Below, piece by piece: positions 26,472-36,119 of a stretch of 64,000 nt of DNA. A program made the position numbers and the translations under genes. Origin of the DNA: Microgenomates group bacterium (GTDB taxonomy: Bacteria; Patescibacteriota; Microgenomatia; UBA12405); the NCBI GenBank assembly GCA_049303675.1, contig JBAQNJ010000001.1, positions 408,711-472,710 on the forward strand. Direction: 5' to 3'. Below the pieces are notes generated by a model, which saw only the letters and a program-made list of their open reading frames with translations, made no database searches and was not told the origin of the DNA. The first letter of the stretch is position 1; each line of letters opens with the position of its first letter.

Positions 26472-27731
26472 TTATCTTCCGTCAACAAATGTCAGGGCGT
26501 AGCCCATAGCGTCACCTCGGCCGGTACGACCAATGCGGTGACAGTAGTCATCGTAGTTGTTTGGCTTGTCAAAGTTAATTACATGGGTAATATCGGCTAT
26601 ATCTAGCCCTCTGGCGGCCACATCAGTAGCTACCAATATATTAATCACATTTTCTTTGAACATCCGCACTACTGCCTGACGTTTATTTTGGGGTTTACCA
26701 CCATGGAGTGAAGCTACCTTAAATCCTTTAGTCGATAGGTTGACCGATATTCTCTCCACCATCATCTGAGTAGCTCCAAACACCAACACTTTCTTAAATT
26801 CTTCTTTGGCCAAGAGTTCCTGTAATTTATTTTCTTTTTCATGACGGGGGACTTGCACTATATTTTGTTCCACATGAGATGAACTATCCTGAGTTTTGAC
26901 CGACACTTTGACTGGATCAGTCAGTAGAGTATCAATCAACACTTCCACTTTTTTATTGGTAGTTGCCGAGAAAAACAAAGTTTGTCGAGTCTTGGGGATT
27001 TGGTTCATAATATGTCGGATATCTTCGATAAATCCCATATCTAGCATTCGATCGACTTCGTCGAGAACGACTGTATTCAGTTTAGTAAAATCAATTACTT
27101 TTCTCTGTCCCAAGTCTTTAATTCTTCCAGGGGTTCCAATAATAATATGGGGACCACGGCGAATATCAATTATTTGTTCTCGAATAAATGCTCCCCCAAT
27201 AGCCAGTGCCATATAAACTTTTAGATTTGGCGTAAAAGTTCTAAACTCTTGGCGTATTTGCATGGCCAACTCTCGAGTTGGTGCCAAAATAATTACCTTT
27301 TTATTGGGGTTTTTAATTATTTCATTGATAAGGGGTAATGCAAAAGCAGCCGTCTTCCCAGTACCTGTATTGGCAATTCCTAGTACATCTCGTCCCTTCA
27401 TTACTTCAGGAATTGTTTGGTCTTGAATTGGAGTGGGTTTTATATAACCCTTGGAAACTACGTTGGCTAGGAGTGTGGCATCCATTCCAAAATCGGCAAA
27501 ACTATTAACAGTTATTGTTTCTTCGATCTTGACTACCGGAGTCGCCTTGCGAATAAACAAATTAGTGTCAATATATTCACCAAAACCTGCTTTCTTGGGT
27601 TTGGCCCATTTAGCCGGACCCCGTTTGAACCAGCTTTTAGTGCCACCACTCGATCCGCCGGCACGGCTCCGATAATTGGTATTTGATCCGAAATTTTTAA
27701 AACCACTAGAGGGCTTACTATTGTTGTACAT
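26472..27731 (-). CDS. DEAD-box ATP-dependent RNA helicase
   Basis: Motifs Q, I (ANTGTGKTAAF), Ia (PTRELAMQI), II (DEVD), III (SAT) and VI (HRIGRTGRG). N-terminal Gly/Arg-rich tail. Confidence 0.9.
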   Translation of the reverse strand: MYNNSKPSSGFKNFGSNTNYRSRAGGSSGGTKSWFKRGPAKWAKPKKAGFGEYIDTNLFIRKATPVVKIEETITVNSFADFGMDATLLANVVSKGYIKPTPIQDQTIPEVMKGRDVLGIANTGTGKTAAFALPLINEIIKNPNKKVIILAPTRELAMQIRQEFRTFTPNLKVYMALAIGGAFIREQIIDIRRGPHIIIGTPGRIKDLGQRKVIDFTKLNTVVLDEVDRMLDMGFIEDIRHIMNQIPKTRQTLFFSATTNKKVEVLIDTLLTDPVKVSVKTQDSSSHVEQNIVQVPRHEKENKLQELLAKEEFKKVLVFGATQMMVERISVNLSTKGFKVASLHGGKPQNKRQAVVRMFKENVINILVATDVAARGLDIADITHVINFDKPNNYDDYCHRIGRTGRGDAMGYALTFVDGR

Positions 27732-28132
27732 AATTCATTAAATTGTGGCTAACACTCCGTAGAGGAGTAATATTGCCCACAAATTATTATTATGTACAGC
27801 TATCTGTACCAGGGGGCATTACCTGATTCTTCGCCTTAACTAAATCAGCTGGTATTCTATCACACCCACCCCAAATAGCAAATTTATCCCAATCTAATTG
27901 CTCTTATTGTTATGCCACTTGATTGACTCTTCCTCACCAACGAGGCTTCCTCAGTCATATTTTCGGTAACTGTAAGACTGGCTCTTTCAGCAGCTATTAG
28001 TAATCTGACTTCGTCAGCTTTCCTTCGTCTTGCCTCACCTAGCTTTCTTTTAGCGATCGCCAGATATCTAACCAATACTTTCGTTTGCTCTTCTTCAACC
28101 ATAACGCATTTATATCATAAAAATATCTCTTC

Positions 28133-29746
28133 GTGATAATATTATCCATGTCTCCAGTTACCACAGTCAAAATAACCGGTCCGGCTGGCGCTGGTATCAA
28201 AAGTAGTGGACTCCTCTTTTCCAATATGCTTTTGGCTCATGGTCAAAATCTGCGCGATTATTCCGAATACCCCTCTCTCGTTCGCGGTGGCCACAACACT
28301 TATCAGGTCAGTTTTTCGCCAGGGGAAGTACTTGCCCCCCATTATCAGGTTGATATTTTACTCTCACTTTTGCCCAATCATTGGCAAATGCATAGTTCCG
28401 AGTTGGTAGATGGTTCACTTGTTTTTGGTGAAGATGGCAAAAATATTTTGCCTCTGGCGAATCTGTCCAAGGAATTTGGCAGCCATCTCTATAGCAACAC
28501 TATCGGGTTGGGCGTGATGGTTTTTATTTTGGGTCTCGACAAAACTATCTGTCAAAAAATTGTTGCCGCCAATTATGGTGCGGATTCTCCCAACAACCCC
28601 GCCTTTTTATCTGGCTACACCTATGCTGAGAACAATTTTATGAATTTAAAATTAAATAATTTAGATTTAATTAAAAATTTAAAATTAAAAATTAAAAATT
28701 TTCTCTATGAGGGCAACGAAGCCTTTGGTTGGGGGTTTATTGCCGGCGGGGGCACCTTCTATTCCGCCTATCCCATGACCCCCAGTTCAGGGGCACTGCA
28801 CTTTTTAGCCGCCAAACAGGCAGAATATAAAATCAATGTCATCCATGCCGAGGACGAAATTGCCTGTGCATCGCTCGCTGCTGGCGCTACTTTTGCTGGT
28901 GCCCGGGCCGCTACTGGGACCTCTGGTGGTGGGTTTGCCCTGATGAACGAAACAGTTAGTTTTTGTGGAGCCGCCGAGTTGGGTACCTTATTTTATTTAG
29001 TCTCCCGCCCTGGTCCTGCTACTGGATTACCTACATGGACCGGCCAAGGAGACTTACTATATGCTGTTCATTCTGGCCATGGCGAATTTACCAAAATCGT
29101 CCTCGCCCCTAGTACACAGGCTGAAACATTCGAGTTTGCCTATACCGCCCTCAATTTAGCTGCCCATTTTAATGTCCCGACTATTTTATTATCTGACAAA
29201 TTTATTGCCGAATCAGGTTCTTCTTTACCAGATCTTTCAGTCCAAAAAGTTCCCATTATCAAATCAACTAAAGCAGTCCCAGGTACAGTCGGTTCCGAGT
29301 ATATGGCCAATAGTTACGAACACGATGAAAGTGGTTTTTCTACTGAAGATGCGTTAGTTATCAAAAAAATGGTCGAAAAAAGAATTGCCCTTAGTCAGCA
29401 AATCTCCTTAGTTGCCCCTAAATCTGTTTTATCTGGCTCCGTTTCCGCTCAAGGCCTTATTGTCACTTGGGGTTCGCCTACCCCAGTCATCCAAGAAGCT
29501 CTTCGTTTATCTGGCTCCACCGATTACGCCCTTTTACAAATCCGCACCGTGTGTCCTCTCGATCCTGAACTAGAATCTATTATCAATAAATACAAAAACA
29601 TTATAGTAGTGGAAAACAACGCTACTTCTCAATTGACTCAACTCTTGAAATCTCATTTTAATTTTAATCCCACCAAAACTATTCTCAAATACGACGGTCG
29701 TCCCTTTTTCCCCGAAGAAATAATTAATTTGTTGAATATCAGATAA
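28133..29746 (+). CDS. korA: 2-oxoacid:ferredoxin oxidoreductase, fused gamma-alpha subunit
   Basis: N-terminal gamma domain (VKITGPAGAGIKSSG) and alpha domain (GNEAFGWGFIAGGGTFYSAYPMTPSS...AEDEIACASLAAGATFAGARAATGTSGGG). Confidence 0.8.
   Translation: MIILSMSPVTTVKITGPAGAGIKSSGLLFSNMLLAHGQNLRDYSEYPSLVRGGHNTYQVSFSPGEVLAPHYQVDILLSLLPNHWQMHSSELVDGSLVFGEDGKNILPLANLSKEFGSHLYSNTIGLGVMVFILGLDKTICQKIVAANYGADSPNNPAFLSGYTYAENNFMNLKLNNLDLIKNLKLKIKNFLYEGNEAFGWGFIAGGGTFYSAYPMTPSSGALHFLAAKQAEYKINVIHAEDEIACASLAAGATFAGARAATGTSGGGFALMNETVSFCGAAELGTLFYLVSRPGPATGLPTWTGQGDLLYAVHSGHGEFTKIVLAPSTQAETFEFAYTALNLAAHFNVPTILLSDKFIAESGSSLPDLSVQKVPIIKSTKAVPGTVGSEYMANSYEHDESGFSTEDALVIKKMVEKRIALSQQISLVAPKSVLSGSVSAQGLIVTWGSPTPVIQEALRLSGSTDYALLQIRTVCPLDPELESIINKYKNIIVVENNATSQLTQLLKSHFNFNPTKTILKYDGRPFFPEEIINLLNIR
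28640..28702. repeat. AT-rich repeat (aaattaaaaatt)n inserted in frame at the korA gamma/alpha junction
   Basis: Encodes MNLKLNNLDLIKNLKLKIKNF. The 28-mer aaaaatttaaaattaaaaattaaaaatt at 28673-28700 is identical to 50512-50539. Related copies lie at 29747-29825. Confidence 0.7.
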
Positions 29747-29825
29747 CATACAATATTTCTTTAGATAATTAAAAATTATTAAATTAAAAATTGATTAAAA
29801 ATTTTAAATTAGAAATTAAAAATTT
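29747..29825. repeat. AT-rich (aaattaaaaatt)-type repeat in the korA-korB intergenic leader
   Basis: Several copies of ttaaaaatt/aaattaaaaatt variants. The korB N-terminus MLNLK continues the pattern. Confidence 0.6.
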
Positions 29826-30446
29826 ATGTTAAATTTAAAGTCATCGATTATTCCCACCTGGTGTCCGGGGTGCTATGACTTTATTATGTATCTGGGAATT
29901 GAAAATGCTCTCAAGACACTCGATATCCCTCTTGAAAAAATAGTTATTGTCTATGACATTGGCTGTATTGGTAATATGGCCGATTTTTTCAAAACATATG
30001 CCGTTCACTCTCTTCACGGTCGTTGTATTCCCACTGCTGTAGGTATCAAATTAGCCAATCCAGAATTAACTGTCATTGCTGTTGGTGGTGATGGCGGAGT
30101 CTATGGTGAGGGGATGGGTCACCTTATTGCTTGGGCCAGATCCATTGTGAATATCAATGTCTTTATTTCCAACAACAACGTTTATAGCCTAACCACCGGT
30201 CAAACTAGCCCGACCACTCCCAAGGGTAGCAAGACCAAGTCTACTCCTTTAGGCACTACCAATTTGCCAGTCGATCCAGTCCCGCTGTTAAAAGCTCTCA
30301 ATCCCGACATAGATGCCGTCTCTGTCGATGGTCACAATCCGCCCGAAGTTATCGAAGCCTTCAAAAAAGCCATCCAAAATCCTACTTTTTCTCTCGTCGA
30401 TTGTCGCCAAATCTGCGTTACCTTCGGCAAGCAAATCACTGGCTAG
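29826..30446 (+). CDS. korB: 2-oxoacid:ferredoxin oxidoreductase beta subunit (TPP-binding), short form
   Basis: WCPGCYDF, GIGC-like IGCIGN, GGDGG and NNNVYSLTTGQTSPTTPKGSKT motifs; 206 aa. Confidence 0.8.
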   Translation: MLNLKSSIIPTWCPGCYDFIMYLGIENALKTLDIPLEKIVIVYDIGCIGNMADFFKTYAVHSLHGRCIPTAVGIKLANPELTVIAVGGDGGVYGEGMGHLIAWARSIVNINVFISNNNVYSLTTGQTSPTTPKGSKTKSTPLGTTNLPVDPVPLLKALNPDIDAVSVDGHNPPEVIEAFKKAIQNPTFSLVDCRQICVTFGKQITG

Positions 30447-31222
30447 TCACGTAAGTGCATTAATTCACCGATATTTGCAGCCACAAAAGTTTCCTCATTT
30501 ACTTCTTGTTTGTGTACCGACCATATATCAACTTTGGCATTTTTAATCAACACCCGCTCTCTTACTCCCAGTTCTGCCAGCGGATTAATATCTGCCATTG
30601 GACTATCACCCACACCCATACTTTCTTCTGGTTTTGCTCCAAAAAATCTCATTGCCTTTTTCCATGAGTCTCTGGTTTTATGTCCGTTCTCATCAACTAT
30701 ATATATTTCATCATCTGCAAAATGTTTATCTAGTCCCGACCACTCCATTTTTTTTCGACTCCATGGTTCGTTTCCGTGGGTCACAATATATTTTTCCATG
30801 TCACACTTTTCCAAAAAAGTCATTGTTTTTTCAACTTCTGGATATGATGCAATTGGGGTAGTGTAGACATCTGCCATAATTTGATTGGCTTCTTCGACTA
30901 GTCTATTTGTTATTCCCGATACCCCCGCAAATGTATTTTTTAGTGTAGTTTGCCACCTCTTGGGATTGACTCCTAGTTTGGCAAACGAATCTTTATCCAC
31001 CTCTTCGGTTATTTTTACCCATTCTTCTCTAGTTCGTACCGGTGCTTTTTCCGCCAATAAATCAAACAGTTTATTTTTTTGTCTGATAAACACTGGTCTA
31101 GTCGGGATTAAGGTATCATCTAAATCAAATAATAATTTTTTTATATTCCTTTGTCTGCTCCATTGCCCAAACCTTAGTTCTTTTTCAATTTGTGGACCCT
31201 CATATTGGTTTATTACTCTCAT
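30443..31222 (-). CDS. HAD-superfamily hydrolase
   Basis: LLFDLDDTL motif I (DxDxT) and a C-terminal GDSPMAD-like motif IV. Confidence 0.7.
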   Translation of the reverse strand: MRVINQYEGPQIEKELRFGQWSRQRNIKKLLFDLDDTLIPTRPVFIRQKNKLFDLLAEKAPVRTREEWVKITEEVDKDSFAKLGVNPKRWQTTLKNTFAGVSGITNRLVEEANQIMADVYTTPIASYPEVEKTMTFLEKCDMEKYIVTHGNEPWSRKKMEWSGLDKHFADDEIYIVDENGHKTRDSWKKAMRFFGAKPEESMGVGDSPMADINPLAELGVRERVLIKNAKVDIWSVHKQEVNEETFVAANIGELMHLRD

Positions 31223-31239
31223 TCGTAGTTATATCACAC

Positions 31240-31995
31240 CTATTTTCGCACTGCCACAATACACATAAACATGGGAAATTCTTTGCGAGCCGCATCCTCA
31301 ATCTTAGCCATTCCTCCCTCAGATACTTTGGGACTAATCCACTCCTCAATTTTTTTTATCACCAGTCCATTGTCTAGTAGCATTTCACTATAAGCCGAAA
31401 TTGGATAATGATAAGACCAAGTTCTCTGATTATTTTTATTATCAAACGGGCTGGAGTCTATAGGAATGGTTAAGGGAGTCAGATAACTATCCACTGTCCG
31501 ATATTGCAGATTTTTTTGTCTATCCACTTCCCAATCTGCATGCTTGGGTATTCTAAATGCCGGATGATTGAGGACAATTATTAATTCACCCTCTTTGGCC
31601 ATGTACCGTTCCACATTTTTTATGACCGCAAATTGATTTTTTATATTTTGCAATGCTAAGATTATCGCAACTTTTGTAAATTCCCCCTGTCTTATCTTTA
31701 TATCCTTACTCACATCACTTACCGCAAATTTATGGCTTAGGTCTTTATCTAGCTTTCTAGCTTCCTCAATTAATTCTACCGACAGATCAATTCCCAAATA
31801 TTCTTTTATTTTTGGCAGGGCTCTGGCTAGTACCCCTTGGCCGCAGCCTAGATCGAGCAATCTATCAATCTCTTTCAGTTTCAATAAACGGAGTACATTA
31901 GGCAAAATTACTTCTCTATGAAAATAATTTCCTTTCTCCCCTACAGATTTGTTATACCAATCGCTGACTTTCCCCCACGAGGTGTTTTGCTTCAT
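31240..31995 (-). CDS. class I SAM-dependent methyltransferase
   Basis: RLLDLGCGQGVLARAL motif I. Confidence 0.75.
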   Translation of the reverse strand: MKQNTSWGKVSDWYNKSVGEKGNYFHREVILPNVLRLLKLKEIDRLLDLGCGQGVLARALPKIKEYLGIDLSVELIEEARKLDKDLSHKFAVSDVSKDIKIRQGEFTKVAIILALQNIKNQFAVIKNVERYMAKEGELIIVLNHPAFRIPKHADWEVDRQKNLQYRTVDSYLTPLTIPIDSSPFDNKNNQRTWSYHYPISAYSEMLLDNGLVIKKIEEWISPKVSEGGMAKIEDAARKEFPMFMCIVAVRK

Positions 31996-32085
31996 AGTCT
32001 ATTATATCCAATTAATTTAATTTCCGAAGACTTGCGGTTATAAGACTATTGTGAGAATTTTCTTTACTGCTATAATCGTTTTATT

Positions 32086-33720
32086 ATGACAAAAACTCTC
32101 AATATTTTTCTTGCCCTTTTCCTTACTACTTTTTCCCTCTCCTATTTTTTAGGATCTAAATTAAACATCTTAGTCCAAGCCCGTGATGAAGAGGATTCTT
32201 CAAATTGTGGCTACACCTGTCCCGTTATCCATTGGACATGGCAAACACGCGAAGTCGACGAAGCCGAGCACTATGAATATACCGACAAAGTAATCGATGT
32301 AGCCGGTCATTATGGTAACTGCCCCAATAATTATTCTGTTTATTCACAAGACAACACAAAATGTCGAAAAAATAATGGTAATCACGAAATAATCAATCGC
32401 CCTTGGGTTGACAGTACCTACAAATGCCCTTCAGGCTACCAGAGCAATCCTGGCCACAGCAATTGTCGTCAGCTTATTGCTACTACCTACAAAAATACCG
32501 ATCATTCGGCTGATGTCGCTTATGAAAAATCGTCAGACGGTAATCACTGTCACCGCCCCTCAGACGATACTCTCGAGGATACCTATGATATGGATCATGA
32601 CACCCGCGAAGATTTCAAAGACGAAAATAGTCAAAACAAAGATGCCACTCCAATTGCCTGTCCTACAGCTACACCAACCACTGCTCCTACTTCAACTCCA
32701 GTCTCAACTTCGACTCCCACCCCTACTCCCACCAGTGAAATAACCAACACTCCCACCCCCACTTCAACCGATGAAACTACCAATACTCCTACTCCCACCC
32801 AATCGGAGCAGTCAACTGGCACCCCTTCTCCCACAGTGACCCCTACCAACTCTCCTCATGTTGGTGGTGATGCTGGATCATCGAATAATAATAGTGCCCC
32901 CACTTGTAATGACTCCGACCCAGGCACTCCCCAAAATCTCCAAGCAATTGCCCTAGGTGGTGGCAAAGTTAAGCTAACTTGGGGCAATGCCTCCGGTCCG
33001 GTCACTTCATATGCTGTTGCTTATGGTCCATCTATCGGCAATTATTTATACGGTGATCCCAATGTTGGCAATGTCAACACTTATACCGTTCTTGCGCTCA
33101 GTCCGGGTGGCAAATATTGTTTCTATGTTCAGGCCCAAAATGGCTGTCGTGGTGGTAGTCCTTCAAATGTGGTTTGTACCAATCAGGGCGCTGGCTCACT
33201 TCAAGTCCTCGGTGCCAAGACGAACTACAATCCCTTAGTCGACGGCATTCGCCAGAGCTATGGCGGTTTGGTCTTAGGTACTTCAACTGAATTAATGGCC
33301 ACTGCTGAAGTTGTCTATTCAACTGAAAAACTACCCTCAGGCAATACTCTCGATGAGACTAAATCCATTAGTATTCCTAAAATCGGCATAACTCAAGCTA
33401 TCTATCATCCCCAAAAAATCGGTGATGATTTGACTGTTGGTCATAGAGAAGTTCTAAAAACCTCTCTCAATGGGGCCACAGTTTACTATGGACACAATGG
33501 CTATGATGTCTTCGGGTCACTTTATCTTCTCCGAGTTGGTGATGCTATTAAGTTACACAGTTCCGGTACTGTCTCAAATTATTCAGTCACCTCAACCCAG
33601 TTTGTTCACAAATCAAACGTTGAGGCTATTAAGAGTCAGGGTGATCAAATAGTTTTAGTCACTTGTAGTTTCACCCAACCAGATTATCGCATTATAGTTA
33701 CAGCTTCAATTCAAAAATAA
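32086..33720 (+). CDS. membrane-anchored Cys-rich / Thr-Pro-rich / FN3-like protein with C-terminal sortase domain
   Basis: N-terminal TM; Cys-rich segment; TPTPT repeats; FN3-like PQNLQAIALGGGKVKLTWGNASGPVTSYAVAYGP. C-terminal YYGHNGYDVFGSLYLLRVGDAIKLH...YSVTS...QIVLVTCS...YRIIVTASI matches the sortase GH...GD.I...Y.V...L.TC...R.IV.A pattern. Confidence 0.6.
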   Translation: MTKTLNIFLALFLTTFSLSYFLGSKLNILVQARDEEDSSNCGYTCPVIHWTWQTREVDEAEHYEYTDKVIDVAGHYGNCPNNYSVYSQDNTKCRKNNGNHEIINRPWVDSTYKCPSGYQSNPGHSNCRQLIATTYKNTDHSADVAYEKSSDGNHCHRPSDDTLEDTYDMDHDTREDFKDENSQNKDATPIACPTATPTTAPTSTPVSTSTPTPTPTSEITNTPTPTSTDETTNTPTPTQSEQSTGTPSPTVTPTNSPHVGGDAGSSNNNSAPTCNDSDPGTPQNLQAIALGGGKVKLTWGNASGPVTSYAVAYGPSIGNYLYGDPNVGNVNTYTVLALSPGGKYCFYVQAQNGCRGGSPSNVVCTNQGAGSLQVLGAKTNYNPLVDGIRQSYGGLVLGTSTELMATAEVVYSTEKLPSGNTLDETKSISIPKIGITQAIYHPQKIGDDLTVGHREVLKTSLNGATVYYGHNGYDVFGSLYLLRVGDAIKLHSSGTVSNYSVTSTQFVHKSNVEAIKSQGDQIVLVTCSFTQPDYRIIVTASIQK

Positions 33721-34235
33721 TGAATAAATACATTGTCCTCCTTATTGTTCTTGCCATTGGTGTTGGTTATTTTATGTCCAAGAATACCTTCAAAGGTCAA
33801 ACAGATATCAAAACTCCACCCACCATCGAGCAACAGCTAGGACTTCCTAATGGTTGGACCAAGGTGGAGACCTCAGATACCGATCTCAAATTAGAAAAAA
33901 AAGTTGAAGCTTCTCTCCAGCCCCAAATTGTTTTCAAACAAATAGTCTCCGATGAAGCCACTTCTCCCGCCAAATATACTAATACTATTATTGCCGGTGC
34001 TCGCTCTGCCATTCCTTCATTAAAAATAACCGACGATAAGAGAAGCTCGACCGATACACTTTATACAGCCTTAATTACCGGTAGTTACCTCAATCGTGGT
34101 CAAAAAGTCAACATCCTTCAGCGAGTCTATATTAAAAGTAACAATGTCTTCGTCATGACAGCCTCGTATAACGGAGATCTGAGTGATGAGATAAACAAAA
34201 TTTTTGACAGTCTGGTCAAAGAGAAGAGTTTATAG
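33720..34235 (+). CDS. hypothetical membrane-anchored protein
   Basis: 171 aa with an N-terminal TM segment. Confidence 0.4.
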   Translation: MNKYIVLLIVLAIGVGYFMSKNTFKGQTDIKTPPTIEQQLGLPNGWTKVETSDTDLKLEKKVEASLQPQIVFKQIVSDEATSPAKYTNTIIAGARSAIPSLKITDDKRSSTDTLYTALITGSYLNRGQKVNILQRVYIKSNNVFVMTASYNGDLSDEINKIFDSLVKEKSL

Positions 34236-34742
34236 TCTCTGTCCGACGTCATCCCAGTTCACTACACTCCACCATTTCTCTACATAAGTCTTCTTATCAT
34301 TGAGATAATCTAGATAAAAGGCGTGTTCCCACATATCTAGTACCAAAATTGGCTTGGCTCCATTTAGTCCCAGCAAATTGTGTTTTTCCAGTTGGCCCAC
34401 CGCTAGTCCTGATTCTGTTTTCCACAATACTGCCCAGCCCGATCCTTCGATTGTCAGAGCTGCATTAGTAAATTCTTCCTTAAACTTAGCAAAATCAGGA
34501 AACATTCCTTCAGGTGGCAAATTATTCTCAGTTGGCGAGCGCATGTTATTCCAAAAAATATCATGCATCACCGCTCCATTGTAGTTAAAGCTACTAATTT
34601 TACCCTGTTCTAGGGCAGCATTAAAGTTATTGACATAGGCGGCATAGTGTTTGTCGTGGTGCAGCTCCATTATTTTCTTGGAAATCACCGGTTCGAGAGC
34701 ATCATAAGCATAGGGGAGGGGGTTGATTGTTAGTTGATTCAT
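34230..34742 (-). CDS. sodA: Fe/Mn superoxide dismutase
   Basis: LPYAYDALEPVISKKIMELHHDKHY and DMWEHAFYLDY motifs. Track ORF extends to 34781; the likely start is MNQLT. Confidence 0.9.
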   Translation of the reverse strand: MNQLTINPLPYAYDALEPVISKKIMELHHDKHYAAYVNNFNAALEQGKISSFNYNGAVMHDIFWNNMRSPTENNLPPEGMFPDFAKFKEEFTNAALTIEGSGWAVLWKTESGLAVGQLEKHNLLGLNGAKPILVLDMWEHAFYLDYLNDKKTYVEKWWSVVNWDDVGQRL

Positions 34743-34798
34743 ATCTACTACAACTATAGTAGTAGATAACATTGCTGTCAAGAGTGATAAAATAACTT

Positions 34799-35491
34799 AT
34801 GAAAACATTATTTAAAATACTTTTAGTGCTAGTTATTTTGTTTGTTGTCTTTCCTTTTGCTGCCTATAAATATTTTTTTAGCAGTGGGCCTCGAGACCTA
34901 GGGGTTACTTTTACAGAGTCAGATAGAGCCGCAGCTTATGCTGCCAATGGTGTCGAATCAATCGCTATTACTTCCAGTCCCGATAATCCCCGAGGAATCA
35001 AGTATGAAGGTCAAAAAGATATCCAAGTTTCTTTTACCTCTGAGCAGATCACGGCCCTCAACAACAGTGTCAAATGGGTCAACTACCCCGTGTCGCATGT
35101 CCAGATAAAAATCAATCCCGATGGCACCGGTGAAGCCTCTGGCATTCTAGACATCCGCAAGATATTGTCATGGGTGTCTTTTACCCATCCGGTCAAGGAA
35201 ATCGAAGCCAAAGTTGATGAATATCATATCGGCCTCAACCCTGCTTTTTATCTCAAAGGCAGGGTCACAGTCACGGACAACCGCGTTTCTCTCACCCCTC
35301 AAACGATTGAAGTCGGCCGGATTACTATTCCCCAAAATATCGTCGCCGAAAATATATCTCCAGTCGAAAAATTTGTCGACGCTCGGCTGAGTGCTGTCCC
35401 CAATTTAAAAATCCGCTCACTCAATCTCGATGGCGGCAAAGTTAATTTAGATGCCACTGTACCCGAAAAAGAATATACAGTTCAGCCATGA
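34799..35491 (+). CDS. hypothetical secreted/membrane-anchored protein
   Basis: 230 aa with an N-terminal TM/signal segment. Confidence 0.4.
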   Translation: MKTLFKILLVLVILFVVFPFAAYKYFFSSGPRDLGVTFTESDRAAAYAANGVESIAITSSPDNPRGIKYEGQKDIQVSFTSEQITALNNSVKWVNYPVSHVQIKINPDGTGEASGILDIRKILSWVSFTHPVKEIEAKVDEYHIGLNPAFYLKGRVTVTDNRVSLTPQTIEVGRITIPQNIVAENISPVEKFVDARLSAVPNLKIRSLNLDGGKVNLDATVPEKEYTVQP

Positions 35492-36117
35492 TAAAAAAAT
35501 TCATTCCTTTAATTATTATTTTAATCGGTTTTATAGTTGCTTTTCTATCCTCACCCTATCTACCTAGCCAGTTGGCATCTCATTGGGATGCCAGAGGCCT
35601 TGTCAATGGCTATTCTTCCAAATTATTTGGACTTTACTTTATCCCCGTTCTATCTTTATGTTTTTACTTTTTATTTTTGTTTTTGCCTTCAATCGATCCC
35701 TATAAAAACAACTTCAAACAGTTTGTTCCTCACTACAACAATTTTGTAACTGTTATTCTCGGGTTCTTCTTTTATATCCATTCGTTGACTATTTTTTGGA
35801 ATCTGGGTTATCAATTCAATATGATTCAACTGTTATCACCCGCCTTTTTTGGACTATTTTATTTTACTGCCACGCTGATCCGTGTCGCCAAACGCAACTG
35901 GTTTGTGGGTATTCGGACACCATGGACTATGAGTAGTGACCGAGTCTGGCGGGAGACCCACTCACTTGGAGGTCAGCTCTTTAAATATGTCGCTTTCACC
36001 TGTCTAGTCGGACTATTTTATCCAGATTTGGCAATATTTTTTTTAATTATTCCAGTTCTGGGTATTACATTGTTTCTATTTATTTACTCTTATGTCCTGT
36101 ATTTGCGATATAATTAG
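35488..36117 (+). CDS. hypothetical polytopic membrane protein
   Basis: 209 aa with multiple hydrophobic segments. Confidence 0.4.
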   Translation: MIKKFIPLIIILIGFIVAFLSSPYLPSQLASHWDARGLVNGYSSKLFGLYFIPVLSLCFYFLFLFLPSIDPYKNNFKQFVPHYNNFVTVILGFFFYIHSLTIFWNLGYQFNMIQLLSPAFFGLFYFTATLIRVAKRNWFVGIRTPWTMSSDRVWRETHSLGGQLFKYVAFTCLVGLFYPDLAIFFLIIPVLGITLFLFIYSYVLYLRYN

Positions 36118-36119
36118 CC

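Noticed and set aside
28640-29830. CRISPR array suggested by the repeated aaattaaaaatt units
   Set aside because: Units are 9-12 nt, irregularly spaced, AT-only and without unique spacers. Far too short and degenerate for CRISPR repeats.
32408-32849. Overlapping +/- ORFs (111 aa, 72 aa) in the TPTPT-repeat region of the sortase-fusion gene
   Set aside because: Low-complexity translations (PLLLLQLQ, VGVGV) generated by the Thr/Pro codon repeats in alternative frames.
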